From positions 14,286-78,285 of the forward strand of contig CAZJQI010000008.1 in assembly GCA_964548275.1 (NCBI GenBank): a DNA stretch of 64,000 bases, written 5' to 3'. The stretch comes from an uncultured Gemmatimonadales bacterium (GTDB taxonomy: Bacteria; Gemmatimonadota; Glassbacteria; GWA2-58-10). Position numbers and translations under genes: made by a program. Shown piece by piece: positions 27,524 to 35,627 of this stretch (its first letter is position 1; each line of letters begins with the position of its first letter). The notes below the pieces were generated by a model that made no database searches, was not told the DNA's origin, and was given only the letters and a program-made list of their open reading frames with translations.

Positions 27524-29668
27524 ATGAAAAAGTTTCCGGGTTTTCAAAAATTACTTTTTCTCCTCGCTTTCTTTTCCATTTTCTACGTCAGATTCTCCTT
27601 CGCCGTAGAGGTATCCGAAGGACACCCACGCCTGTTTTTCCGGGACAGCGCCTGGGGAGAACGCTCGATCACCACGGAACAACTCAGGCAGCGGGCCAAT
27701 GACCCGCGCTACGCGGCCTATGTGAACAGGCTCACTTACAGCTCCTGCAACGTGGCTCTTAAAGCGATTCTGTTTGACGATACTCAGGCTGCCCGGGAAT
27801 GCATCTCCATGATGGAAAGCAACTTCGATTTCGACGGCACTACAACCGACGGCGAGCTGTTGATGTGGCGGGCCATGGCTTTCGACTGGCTTTACAACCA
27901 TCCGGATTTCACCGAGACTCACAAACAGAATGTGATCCGGAAACTCGCTCAGGGGGCGAGCTGGTGCAGGAGTGAGTATATCGGACAGGGTCCGCACGTT
28001 TTTCATACACGTATGTATGCGTTCGCTCTCGGTACAGCAATAGCGGGCCTTGCGCTCAAGGGCCACCACCAGGATGCGGATTTTTACATCGACTGGGCTG
28101 ACTCGATATTCACTCACCACCTTTTCCCTGCCCGCCACCTCCAGGGCGGCTCTGTGCACAACAGCCTGGCCTACGGCCGCAGGTACGTCATGTGGCATTG
28201 CGGCCATTTCATGAGTGCCTGGTATTCAGCCACCGGTCAGGACAAATGGAAAACGGTCCGCGAGCAGCAGGATGACTGGGCCTGGCGCGAGGCGGAATTT
28301 ATCATGTATGGGAGGCAGCCGGACGGGCTGCTGGTGCGTTACGGCGACTGTTTCAGACGCACCTCCGAGCGGTTCTCTTTCCGGGTGATCGGCGAGCGGG
28401 CCTTTGCCTGCAGCAAGCCGATAGGGATGAATTACCTCCACTACCTGTTCCAGACCCAGGCGAATATGACGGACAACCGCGTGGTGGAGGAAGGCAACGC
28501 CTATCATGTTCTTCTCTATTGGGACGCAGACGATCCAGGCCGCTCGTTTAAAACTCTGCCCACCAGAACCCTGTTCAGTCCCCAGGGCACCGGCATGGTT
28601 TTCTGGCGCAGCGGCTGGGGCGAGGACGATACGTTTATCTTTTTCAAGTGCGGCAACTATTTCGGCAACCACGGCCATTTTGACCAGGGCCACCTCGAGG
28701 TTTTCCATCGCGCACCGCTGTTGATCGAGGGCGGAGCCTACGAGGGCGATTTCGACAGCAATTACAGGCTTAACTATTACCGCAAAACGGTCGCCCATAA
28801 CTTGATCCTGGCGGTAAACCCCGCCCTGGCTCAGGATGAGGGAGGACAAAGGATTTTCAGCAACCAGGGCGAACCATCAGTGGAAAGCTACCTGGGTAAC
28901 CCGATTAACGAAACCGGAGATATTATTGATTACCGGGACCAGGGGAACTGGTGTTACGTTTCAGGGAGTTTCGGCAGCGCTTACGATAACAGTAGGATAA
29001 TTAGGGCCGTGCGCGAGGTGGCCTGGATCGGCGAGCGCTACCTGGTGGTTGTGGACAATATCAAACTGGGCAGCAGTTCTTTTCTGCCAAAGGTGATCTG
29101 GCATTATACGGTCACCCCCGTAATCGAGGGAAACCGATTTACAGTCACCGACCGCGGCGGCAGGGCGGTAGTCACCGTGCTGGCGCCCCCGGAGGCGACA
29201 ATCGACACAATTCAGGCTTACCGGATCGGCACCGCATATTACCCTCCGCCTGATCCGCGTCCCTCGATAGGGGTGGGGCGAACCGAAATCAGCGTGCCCC
29301 AGCCGGGAGTGGCCGATTACACCTTTGTCCAGGTAATCGACGTGGCCGATGAAGGGATCGCCCCCGGTAGCCTGGCTTTCGAATCAGATGAAACCGAGGG
29401 AACTCTGATTGTGACTTTGCCGGTAGGCACTTTCCGCCTGAGCGGCAGCCCGCTCGAACGCACGGCAGTCGCGTTCGAGGCTGCCGCGCTGGAACCGAGA
29501 GGCGATTTCAGCGGCAATGGCACCGTGGGTATCGAAGATCTGGTGAGCCTGCTTCTGCGCGCCCTTGAAAACACCAACGATCCTATGCTGGATTTCAACC
29601 AGGACGGACACTATTCGATCCTGGACGCCATTGCGCTGCTGCTATATATCCACTCGCAGGGGAGCTAG
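27524..29668 (+). CDS. Heparinase II/III-like polysaccharide lyase with C-terminal dockerin-like module
   Basis: Signal peptide. N-terminal alpha-helical (alpha/alpha toroid-like) region. GNYFGNHGHFDQGHLEVFHRAPLLIEGG matches the heparinase II/III C-terminal GH.H.D signature. C-terminus RGDFSGNGTVGIEDLVSLLLRAL...DFNQDGHYSILDAIALLLYI is a dockerin-type duplicated loop-helix. Confidence 0.75.
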   Translation: MKKFPGFQKLLFLLAFFSIFYVRFSFAVEVSEGHPRLFFRDSAWGERSITTEQLRQRANDPRYAAYVNRLTYSSCNVALKAILFDDTQAARECISMMESNFDFDGTTTDGELLMWRAMAFDWLYNHPDFTETHKQNVIRKLAQGASWCRSEYIGQGPHVFHTRMYAFALGTAIAGLALKGHHQDADFYIDWADSIFTHHLFPARHLQGGSVHNSLAYGRRYVMWHCGHFMSAWYSATGQDKWKTVREQQDDWAWREAEFIMYGRQPDGLLVRYGDCFRRTSERFSFRVIGERAFACSKPIGMNYLHYLFQTQANMTDNRVVEEGNAYHVLLYWDADDPGRSFKTLPTRTLFSPQGTGMVFWRSGWGEDDTFIFFKCGNYFGNHGHFDQGHLEVFHRAPLLIEGGAYEGDFDSNYRLNYYRKTVAHNLILAVNPALAQDEGGQRIFSNQGEPSVESYLGNPINETGDIIDYRDQGNWCYVSGSFGSAYDNSRIIRAVREVAWIGERYLVVVDNIKLGSSSFLPKVIWHYTVTPVIEGNRFTVTDRGGRAVVTVLAPPEATIDTIQAYRIGTAYYPPPDPRPSIGVGRTEISVPQPGVADYTFVQVIDVADEGIAPGSLAFESDETEGTLIVTLPVGTFRLSGSPLERTAVAFEAAALEPRGDFSGNGTVGIEDLVSLLLRALENTNDPMLDFNQDGHYSILDAIALLLYIHSQGS

Positions 29669-30186
29669 CCGTCCGGATATTTTTTCAGCCGCGAAAACTC
29701 CTCCTCGAAATTCGGGGTGAATGTGCCGCTTCCCAGCACGCGCTCGATTTCCGCGAAACTCCAGAACCGGCCCTCGTCGATCTCCGAGCGCAGTATCCGC
29801 ATCGGCCCCTTGTAGTAGCAGAGATATGAGGTCACCAGCTCTGTCTCCACCTCTGAACGCCAGATATAGCTGTAAAGAAACTGGATATCCACGCCTGCAA
29901 TACCGAGTTCTTCGCTCATCTCGCGTTTTGCCGCCTCAAGGACACTTTCCCCCGGAGCCACATGCCCGCCCACCGAGGTATCCCACTTGCCGGGCTGGAT
30001 ATCTTTGTCCGCGCTTCTTTTCTGAAGGAATATCCTCTGCTCTCCGGTTTTCTTCTCGATATCGAGCACCAGCACGTGCACGCTGCGATGGATGAGCTCC
30101 GGGTTGCCGTGCACCTCGCTGCGCGGCGCGTGACCGATAATTCGCCCGCTCCGGTCAACTATGTCAAATATCTCGTCAACGCTCAA
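29665..30186 (-). CDS. NUDIX hydrolase
   Basis: Nudix box GGHVAPGESVLEAAKREMSEELGI. TTG start overlaps the stop of the upstream small gene. Confidence 0.8.
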   Translation of the reverse strand: MSVDEIFDIVDRSGRIIGHAPRSEVHGNPELIHRSVHVLVLDIEKKTGEQRIFLQKRSADKDIQPGKWDTSVGGHVAPGESVLEAAKREMSEELGIAGVDIQFLYSYIWRSEVETELVTSYLCYYKGPMRILRSEIDEGRFWSFAEIERVLGSGTFTPNFEEEFSRLKKYPDG

Positions 30187-30539
30187 TTGTCAGGCTCCAG
30201 AGCACGAATCTCACCGGTTTGCTGAATGACCACCGGGAAGCCCTCCAGTGTGGAAGGAATCTTTTTCGTCAATTCGGGTGTCTTTTCGATCACCAGAACT
30301 TTAATACACAACTCGCCCTTATCTTCTCCGAGAGCTGTTCCTACCACCCCGGGAATGGACATCAGCTCCGGAGTGTGGGCTTTGAGCACTTCCTGGATGG
30401 TTTTTGAAGGCATTGTATTTTCTCTTTGTTGAATTTTATCTCTTGTACAGGCCATAAAGCTAAGGGCCGCGGCTATCATGCCTGTGCACAAAACAGCGAT
30501 TTTGATTCGAGAAACCATGGAAAACTTCTCTTCAAGCAC
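30183..30539 (-). CDS. Small secreted protein homologous to the N-terminal (pro-domain-like) region of the adjacent S1 protease
   Basis: 118 aa with signal peptide. IPGVVGTALGEDKGELCIKVLVIEKTPELTKKIPSTLEGFPVVIQQTGEIRAL aligns with residues ~60-110 of the protease (ADVVGTATGLGPAGTPAVLVLTKVPGVAGIPRSLDGVPVVVKVTGEIVAL). Confidence 0.5.
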   Translation of the reverse strand: MLEEKFSMVSRIKIAVLCTGMIAAALSFMACTRDKIQQRENTMPSKTIQEVLKAHTPELMSIPGVVGTALGEDKGELCIKVLVIEKTPELTKKIPSTLEGFPVVIQQTGEIRALEPDN

Positions 30540-30680
30540 GGCTTTTCCCAGCCTTTTCTATGAAAGTGTTAACATCGAGGGAAATATAAAAGCAATAGGG
30601 AAAGAGAAGCATAATAGCTGATCAGCATTTCCCTTTCCCTATTTTTTTTCAGGGGGATTTATAAAATAAAACTGTAAAAT

Positions 30681-31745
30681 TTACTCACCGTCAATTGACA
30701 CATTGAAGCTATTAAGCACATCACCAATATGATTAGCCACAGCAAAAGTGCCCCGCCTATTGCCAGCAAACAACAAACCAACGGGGTTGCGGCCAGGATC
30801 TGTAACCAGAAGCGATCCCGAATCCCCGGCCTTGATAACCGGTTTTCTGGCCTCTACTATGATTTGATTTACAAAACGAGCCGTACCCGAGCTGTAACCG
30901 ACATTAACAGTAGCATTGATAGCGGTAACCTGCCCTTTGGTCAGCCCAGTAGTCCTGCCGTATTTCTGTACTGCCATGTAGAGTTTAGCCTCGGCGGTAG
31001 TCGAGTTGGGTGTTCCATACCCGTCGCTCGGTGTGGCATTGTCGAGTAAATCCGTTTGAGCAATCGCCGCATCGATGGTGTTAGATGCCGAAGTGCTAAA
31101 GATGATCGGCTCGAAATCGTCTAAAGTGCCGATGACATTGTTGTCGTCAAGAATGCAGCCGGTATCGTAGAGCCCTGGCTGCAAAACCTTGCTACCCTTA
31201 GGAGCAGTGTTTTCAAGAGCATATACGTGGTTGTTGCTCAGGGCGTAAACCTTATTACCATTTTTTACCCTGGCCCCAATGGTGCCGGACGAACACTCTC
31301 CCTCGTTGCCTGTGGAAACACCTATCGGCACAGGACGTTCGAATCTATCTTTTGGATCAATCTTATCGCCATTGCCCGGTTTGTCTGGTTTGCCCGGTTT
31401 TGCTGGCTTGGGTAACGCTACAATTTCCCCGGTTACTTTCACCACAACCGGCACGCCGTCCAGGCTCCTGGGGATTCCAGCTACGCCAGGCACCTTTGTC
31501 AGAACCAGAACCGCAGGTGTGCCAGCCGGGCCGAGACCCGTAGCAGTGCCTACCACATCGGCCATGGCCATAAGCCGGGGAGTGTGCAGGTTCTGGACAG
31601 CCATCGCCCTTGCGAGACCGACACCGGCTCCCGCCAGGCTGGGACCTTCCGGCCCTGCCTCGAACGGCTGTTGTCTATCCTGGCAGCCTGAAAAAGCCAG
31701 AGCCAGGAACATGCATGGTGCAATAAGCCGAATAAAAAATTTCAT
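30681..31745 (-). CDS. Secreted chymotrypsin-fold (S1 family) serine peptidase with N-terminal pro-domain-like region and Pro/Lys-rich linker
   Basis: Lipoprotein-type signal (LALAFSGC). Catalytic motifs NNHV (His), GDSGSLLV (Ser), and a TAGHC-like region. Linker PKPAKPGKPDKPGNGDK. Confidence 0.75.
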   Translation of the reverse strand: MKFFIRLIAPCMFLALAFSGCQDRQQPFEAGPEGPSLAGAGVGLARAMAVQNLHTPRLMAMADVVGTATGLGPAGTPAVLVLTKVPGVAGIPRSLDGVPVVVKVTGEIVALPKPAKPGKPDKPGNGDKIDPKDRFERPVPIGVSTGNEGECSSGTIGARVKNGNKVYALSNNHVYALENTAPKGSKVLQPGLYDTGCILDDNNVIGTLDDFEPIIFSTSASNTIDAAIAQTDLLDNATPSDGYGTPNSTTAEAKLYMAVQKYGRTTGLTKGQVTAINATVNVGYSSGTARFVNQIIVEARKPVIKAGDSGSLLVTDPGRNPVGLLFAGNRRGTFAVANHIGDVLNSFNVSIDGE

Positions 31746-32094
31746 CCTTTCCCTTCTTTAAGGATGTGAAAAGAAGACAAAAAAATAATATTAAGATTAT
31801 TATGTTTATATATAATTTTTCCTGAAAAAGTCAATATTCTAAATTCCAAAAAAATAAACAATAGTTGTTGATTGGTTGATTGTATGTGGCATGAAAATAT
31901 GGAGTTAGTCCACCCTATAAAAGACTATCATAGCTGCCCAGTATTTAGAAAAAAAGCAAAAAACATGCCTCGAAGAACTGGATGTGTTTAAGATTACTCG
32001 GAGATGCGATTATCCCGTTTCCTCCGGCAGCCGTAAGGCTGGGTGGATAGACAGGCGTACTGTAGATCATATTTTACTTGCAAATAAACGGATT

Positions 32095-32130
32095 GGGGCG
32101 TCAATCAATCCCTGACGCCTCCTTTTTTTC
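32095..32130 (+). terminator. Rho-independent terminator inside a 1.1 kb gene-free region
   Basis: 9-bp stem GGGGCGUCA / UGACGCCUC with 9-nt loop, followed by CUUUUUUU. No +strand CDS lies upstream of it. Confidence 0.6.
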
Positions 32131-32520
32131 AATAGGTGCCTTAGCAATTGTCTGCCCTTTCAGTTTAAAGCCGGGAAAAATCCCCCTCTCCGGGATAAAA
32201 TCTTTCCTGATCCTGCCGGAATCTTAAAGTGCTTTTCCGCGGCAAATTTTGCTTACGGGGCTTCTTCTTATTTGAAATGCTTAAGGAGAACCCCTATTTT
32301 TCTAATTGGAGGCGAAAACTCCATTGCAAGGAGCGTTTATATTTATATTTGAATTTCGTAAACCTGTAACCATGGATAAAGTCAATTTTCTATTTTGATT
32401 CTGGCTAAAGTGAAGGTATTTTTCATTTAGCGAGTTATTTTCCTGAGCTTCTCATATTTAACTTTGCGTGGGGAAATGATCCGTTCCCGGGATTGAGAAA
32501 ACCCAGGAGATGGCTTTAAA

Positions 32521-32735
32521 GTTTAATCGAGAAGAATTCCCCGAAGCTTTGCTCCATAGTAAACAACCCGGGGATCGGCAGGTAATCCCCATTAACAAAA
32601 GGGAATCAATATGTAATCCCCCTAAAAAAGGGGAAGACAGGGGGTTGTCTTGATGTGTTCGCCCTCGGAGGAAATAAGATCGACCAAATTCATCATTATG
32701 ATACTCCGCGGCTTGCCGCTGGGCAGCTCATTTAT
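32521..32735. repeat. Dispersed intergenic element, copy B (upstream of mtaB)
   Basis: Left motif tttaatcgagaagaattccccgaagctttgctccatagtaaa. Internal units taatccccattaacaaaaggga / taatccccctaaaaaagggga / agacagggggttgtc. Right motif gatactccgcggcttgccgctgggcagctcatttatt. Confidence 0.6.
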
Positions 32736-32836
32736 TTTCGCTTTATAATTGGTTTAATTTAAATTAATTAGGACTCTTAACCTGAAGTGATTTATCAGGT
32801 ACAATTGGCCTTTCTGTTTCCGGGATACGATAGGGA

Positions 32837-34153
32837 ATGAAAGTATTTTTCAACACTTTCGGCTGCAAGACCAACCAGTACGATTCGGCTCTCATCGGGC
32901 AAATTTTCGAACAGGCAGGGTTTACTCTCACCGATAATCCGGATTCTGCACAGTGGGTTGTAGTGAATACCTGCTCGGTAACCAAGCGTGGAGAAGATAA
33001 GGCCTGCCAGTGGGTGCGCAAGATAGGCCGCGAGCATCCAGAGGCAAGAATAGCGGTTGTCGGCTGCTCGGTTGAGGTAAGCGCCGGGCGTTTCGCCGAA
33101 CTTCCCGGGGTGAGCCTGCTTCTGGGCACAGAGGAAAAATTCCGGCTGGGTGAGGTTCTGGCAGAATATGAAAAGAACAGGGGCAAATCACAGGAGAGGC
33201 TTGAGCCTGCAAGCGGCCTGGTCCGCAAGCTCGACCGATACAGCCAGAAAGCCGTGCTCACCGCGCACAGGGATCACGCCCGGGCTTTTGTAAAAATACA
33301 GGACGGCTGCAACAACCGCTGTACCTACTGTATCGTGCCGTTTACGCGGGGTGTGAGCAGGAGCAGGCCGCTCGAGCAGGTTCTCGCCGAGATACAGGCT
33401 CTTGAAACCCGGGGCCACAGGGAGGTGGTGCTGACCGGGATCCATATCGGCCGGTATGGCCTGGATCTGCCGGAAGCTTTAACATTGGCTGCCCTGGTGG
33501 AGAAAGTTCTCACTGAAACCGGTGAGGTTCGAATCCGCCTGAGTTCTGTGGAGGTTGGAGAGATTGACGAGCCTCTGGTGGAATTGCTCTCCAGCCGGGA
33601 AAGGCTTTGCAGCCATCTCCACATTCCCATTCAGCACGGCAGCAAAACAGTGCTCGCGCGGATGGGACGTAAGTACAGCCCTGCGGAATTCCGCGGAACA
33701 GTGGAAAGAATCGCCGAATCTCTGCCTGGTCTCGGCCTTGGTACGGATGTCATTGCCGGCTTCCCGGGTGAAACCGAATCTGAATTCAACGAATGCCGGG
33801 ATTTCATAGATTCCCTGCCCTTTACTTACCTTCACGTTTTCCCGTTCTCGCCGAGACCTGGAACCGAGGCTGCCAAGCTCGGCAATCACCTGATTAAAGG
33901 GGAGATTCGCAGGCGGGTTAAAATTATGCGTGAACTCTCGAACAGGAAAAGGGAGAGTTTCTTGCGCAGCCTGGCCGGGAAAACTCTTTCAGTGGTTCAC
34001 GAAAGCGAGCTGCCCTCTGGTGTTTCGGTCTGCCGCGCGGACAATTACGCCAGGGTTTATTATCAGGGCGCCAGTCCTCCAAAAATTTTTGATCTTATTG
34101 CAGAGCAGCCCTGGCGCGACGGTGTCTGGGCAAAATTGCCGGCTGGTGCTTAA
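32837..34153 (+). CDS. mtaB: MiaB-like radical-SAM tRNA methylthiotransferase (MtaB family)
   Basis: N-terminal MTTase domain KVFFNTFGCKTNQYDS with conserved Cys residues. Radical SAM CNNRCTYC. Confidence 0.75.
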   Translation: MKVFFNTFGCKTNQYDSALIGQIFEQAGFTLTDNPDSAQWVVVNTCSVTKRGEDKACQWVRKIGREHPEARIAVVGCSVEVSAGRFAELPGVSLLLGTEEKFRLGEVLAEYEKNRGKSQERLEPASGLVRKLDRYSQKAVLTAHRDHARAFVKIQDGCNNRCTYCIVPFTRGVSRSRPLEQVLAEIQALETRGHREVVLTGIHIGRYGLDLPEALTLAALVEKVLTETGEVRIRLSSVEVGEIDEPLVELLSSRERLCSHLHIPIQHGSKTVLARMGRKYSPAEFRGTVERIAESLPGLGLGTDVIAGFPGETESEFNECRDFIDSLPFTYLHVFPFSPRPGTEAAKLGNHLIKGEIRRRVKIMRELSNRKRESFLRSLAGKTLSVVHESELPSGVSVCRADNYARVYYQGASPPKIFDLIAEQPWRDGVWAKLPAGA

Positions 34154-34176
34154 CTTTGGATCATAGACAGCGAATT

Positions 34177-35502
34177 ATGGACAAGCTAAAGACATATTAT
34201 CTGGAGACTTACGGTTGCCAGATGAATTTCAGCGATTCCGAGCTGGTTGAAAGCCTGCTCTCCCAGGCAGGGCTCGAACCGGCCGGGGGGGCCGAGGAGG
34301 CTGATCTGATACTTGTCAATACCTGTGGAGTGCGGGAACACGCTGAACAGAGAGTTTTGACCAGGATTAGACAGCTCAGGGCCCAGAAAGAACACTCGCC
34401 GCACAAGCTGCTGGCTGTGATCGGCTGCATGGCCCAGCGTCTCGGAGAGGATCTCCTGGCAACCGCGCCGTGGGTGGATCTGGTGGTCGGCCCGGACGGG
34501 TACAGGAAAATCCCGGAGCTGATCAATGAACTGGCCCGCAATGATCATCTTCGGTTATCTTTTCTCGACTTTGTTACAAGCGAAACTTACGATGATCTCA
34601 TTCCCAGGCGCAGGGGCCTCTGGAGCGCCTGGGTGCCGATCACCCGCGGCTGCGACAATTTCTGCAGCTACTGTATCGTACCTTACGTGCGCGGCAGGGA
34701 GCGCTCCCTGGACCCTGCGGCTGTCGAGCGGCAGGTCAGGCAATTTGTCGATGAAGGTGCGGTCGAGATAGTGCTTCTGGGCCAGAATGTCAATTCCTAC
34801 AAATACGGTGACACTGATTTTGCCGGGCTTCTTCGGCGGCTGGACCGGGTAGAGGGCCTGCGCTGGATCCGTTTTCTCACCAGCCACCCCAGGGATCTGA
34901 GCGACAGGATTATCACAGCAATGGCCGAATGCAGCAAAGTCTGCGAGCACCTTCACCTTCCGGTCCAGTCGGGCTCTGATCACGTGCTTAAACTGATGAA
35001 CCGGGGTTACACCAGAGCTTATTATCTCGAACGGGCGGCTTCCCTGCGTCAAAAGATACCGGGAATCGCCCTGACAGCGGATATCCTGGTCGGTTTTCCA
35101 GGTGAAACAAAGCGCGATTTCAAGCACACGGTGAACCTGATGAAAGAGGTGCGTTTCGACTACGCTTATACTTTCAAGTATTCTCCCAGGCCGGGCACGG
35201 CGGCAGCCCGCCTGGCCGACACGGTGCCGGAAGCAGAAAAAGCGCGCCGCCTTCAGGAGGTGATCGAGCTCCAGAGGTCGCACACCAGGCAGGCACTTCA
35301 AAAGATGAACGGACAGAGCATGGAGGTTCTTCTTGTTGCACGTGCGAAAAGAGGGGACGGGAAACTTCGGGGCAAGACCCGGAGCCATTTCAACATTTTC
35401 CTGCCTGCGGATGAATCTTATCTGGGGAAAATCGTGCCTGCCACGGTAACCGGCGACACCGGGATGAACCTTCTGGGCGAGCTTCTGGAAACCCGATCAT
35501 AG
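34177..35502 (+). CDS. miaB: tRNA-i6A37 methylthiotransferase MiaB
   Basis: YLETYGCQMNFSDSE, radical SAM CDNFCSYC, C-terminal TRAM-like domain. Lies directly downstream of mtaB. Confidence 0.85.
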   Translation: MDKLKTYYLETYGCQMNFSDSELVESLLSQAGLEPAGGAEEADLILVNTCGVREHAEQRVLTRIRQLRAQKEHSPHKLLAVIGCMAQRLGEDLLATAPWVDLVVGPDGYRKIPELINELARNDHLRLSFLDFVTSETYDDLIPRRRGLWSAWVPITRGCDNFCSYCIVPYVRGRERSLDPAAVERQVRQFVDEGAVEIVLLGQNVNSYKYGDTDFAGLLRRLDRVEGLRWIRFLTSHPRDLSDRIITAMAECSKVCEHLHLPVQSGSDHVLKLMNRGYTRAYYLERAASLRQKIPGIALTADILVGFPGETKRDFKHTVNLMKEVRFDYAYTFKYSPRPGTAAARLADTVPEAEKARRLQEVIELQRSHTRQALQKMNGQSMEVLLVARAKRGDGKLRGKTRSHFNIFLPADESYLGKIVPATVTGDTGMNLLGELLETRS

Positions 35503-35627
35503 ATAGAACAGCACACTCAGTGACACACTGGATATCCATTCACAAAATCCCGGGTACTGGATATATTCCTTGCGTGCCTGAAATTTCCTCATAGCCTCAG
35601 TATATCCACTGTAAAAAGGAGGGTGGA

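Noticed and set aside
32000-32060. SRP (4.5S) RNA-like motif (ccggcagccgtaaggctgg)
   Set aside because: Only a short partial resemblance to the GGAAGCAGCC region. The conserved domain IV internal loops cannot be reconstructed. Kept only as part of the generic sRNA candidate.
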